Source: the human T2T-CHM13v2.0 reference genome, Homo sapiens
Assembly: GCF_009914755.1 (NCBI RefSeq)
Contig: NC_060941.1
DNA: 64,000 nucleotides
Reading direction: 5' to 3' (one strand)
The notes under the pieces were generated by a model. That model did not search any database. It was not told where the DNA came from and saw only the letters and a list, made by a program, of their open reading frames with translations. Made by a program: the position numbers and the translations under genes. This document shows, in pieces, positions 63,400-64,000 of the stretch (position 1 is the first letter of the stretch; each line of letters opens with the position of its first letter).

Positions 63400-63900
63400 G
63401 TTCCCCACGGGCCCCAGGAGTTCTCCACACGTAACCCGACTCACCGCCAGACGCCGACCAGCGCTTCTGTCCGGTTCAAACTTCGGACCAACCTACTCAC
63501 CATGCGCATGCTCACTTTCAAAACGAAAAACTTACTGAGAACAAATGCGCATGTTCCATAAACGGAGAGTTTTGTTGTGTATATATTTTTTCCTATTCAG
63601 AAAGATTAATTACGCATGTTCAATTTCAATTTACGAACTTCAGATATGGTACGCATGCTCACTGTCCACCGAACGCTCCAGCTGACAATGCGCATGCTCT
63701 AGTCCTCCAAGCGCGACTTCGGCTGGTGTTTTGCGCATGTTTCTGCCAGCGCCTGGATCCTGCCGATAGTTCTGCGCATGTCCACTGCCCACTGTTTGGC
63801 TTCACGGAACCCTGTACGCATGCTCCTACGCTGAACTTTAGGAGCCAGTCTAAGGCCTAGGCGCAGACGCACTGAGCCTAAGCAGCCGGTGATGGCGGCA
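63400..63900. promoter_or_regulatory. Bidirectional TUBD1/RPS6KB1 CpG-rich promoter with NRF1-like motif array
   Basis: Head-to-head genes, high CpG content, eight TRCGCATGYYY motifs, YY1-like GATGGCGGC at 63891. Confidence 0.9.
63445..63700 (-). other. TUBD1: TUBD1 non-coding exon 1 (5' boundary approximate)
   Basis: Donor GCG|gtgagt at 63445/63444 in the CpG-rich region; a second donor ATG|gtgagt at 63501/63500. The TSS is inferred, not visible. Confidence 0.65.
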
Positions 63901-63932
63901 GCGGCTGTGGTGGCTGCGGCGGGTCCGGGCCC

Positions 63933-64000
63933 ATGAGGCGACGAAGGAGGCGGGACGGCTTTTACCCAGCCCCGGACTTCCGAGACAGGGAAGCTGAGGA
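63933..64000 (+). CDS. RPS6KB1: Ribosomal protein S6 kinase B1, start of p85 isoform (runs off window)
   Basis: Encodes MRRRRRRDGFYPAPDFRDREAE, the p85-specific basic N-terminal extension. Confidence 0.96.
   Translation, partial: MRRRRRRDGFYPAPDFRDREAE

Noticed and set aside
63503-63871. CRISPR-like reading of the repeat-spacer array
   Set aside because: Human promoter DNA, repeats are only 11 bp and degenerate, and there are no cas genes; a TF-motif array explains it better.

Overview
Human (or near-identical great-ape) genomic DNA, recognised from the encoded proteins and the miRNA as the 17q23 VMP1-MIR21-TUBD1-RPS6KB1 locus. On the + strand: the last two coding exons and 3'UTR of VMP1, the intronic miR-21 promoter (~8.4-8.7 kb) and the pre-miR-21 hairpin (12020-12091). 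On the - strand: the complete TUBD1 (delta-tubulin) gene, whose 8 coding exons join to 1362 nt (453 aa plus stop). At the right end: the head-to-head TUBD1/RPS6KB1 promoter and the first codons of p85 S6K1. The rest is extremely Alu-rich and also holds a processed NDUFB8 pseudogene, U6 and Y1 RNA copies, a full-length MER85, a much-interrupted MER5A, and LTR/L1/MIR relics. Almost all ORF-track entries are Alu translation artefacts. Most notable observations: (1) eight same-orientation NRF1-like 11-mers spaced at ~41 bp in the bidirectional promoter; (2) two TUBD1 exon-1 donors that would switch a motif-derived AUG between an overlapping uORF and an in-frame N-terminal extension; (3) a strong uORF whose stop overlaps the p85 S6K1 AUG; (4) five CAGCTG E-boxes in 185 bp 3' of miR-21; (5) repeated reuse of the same retrotransposon target site. 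All coordinates were counted by hand, and none of the novelty claims could be checked against databases.
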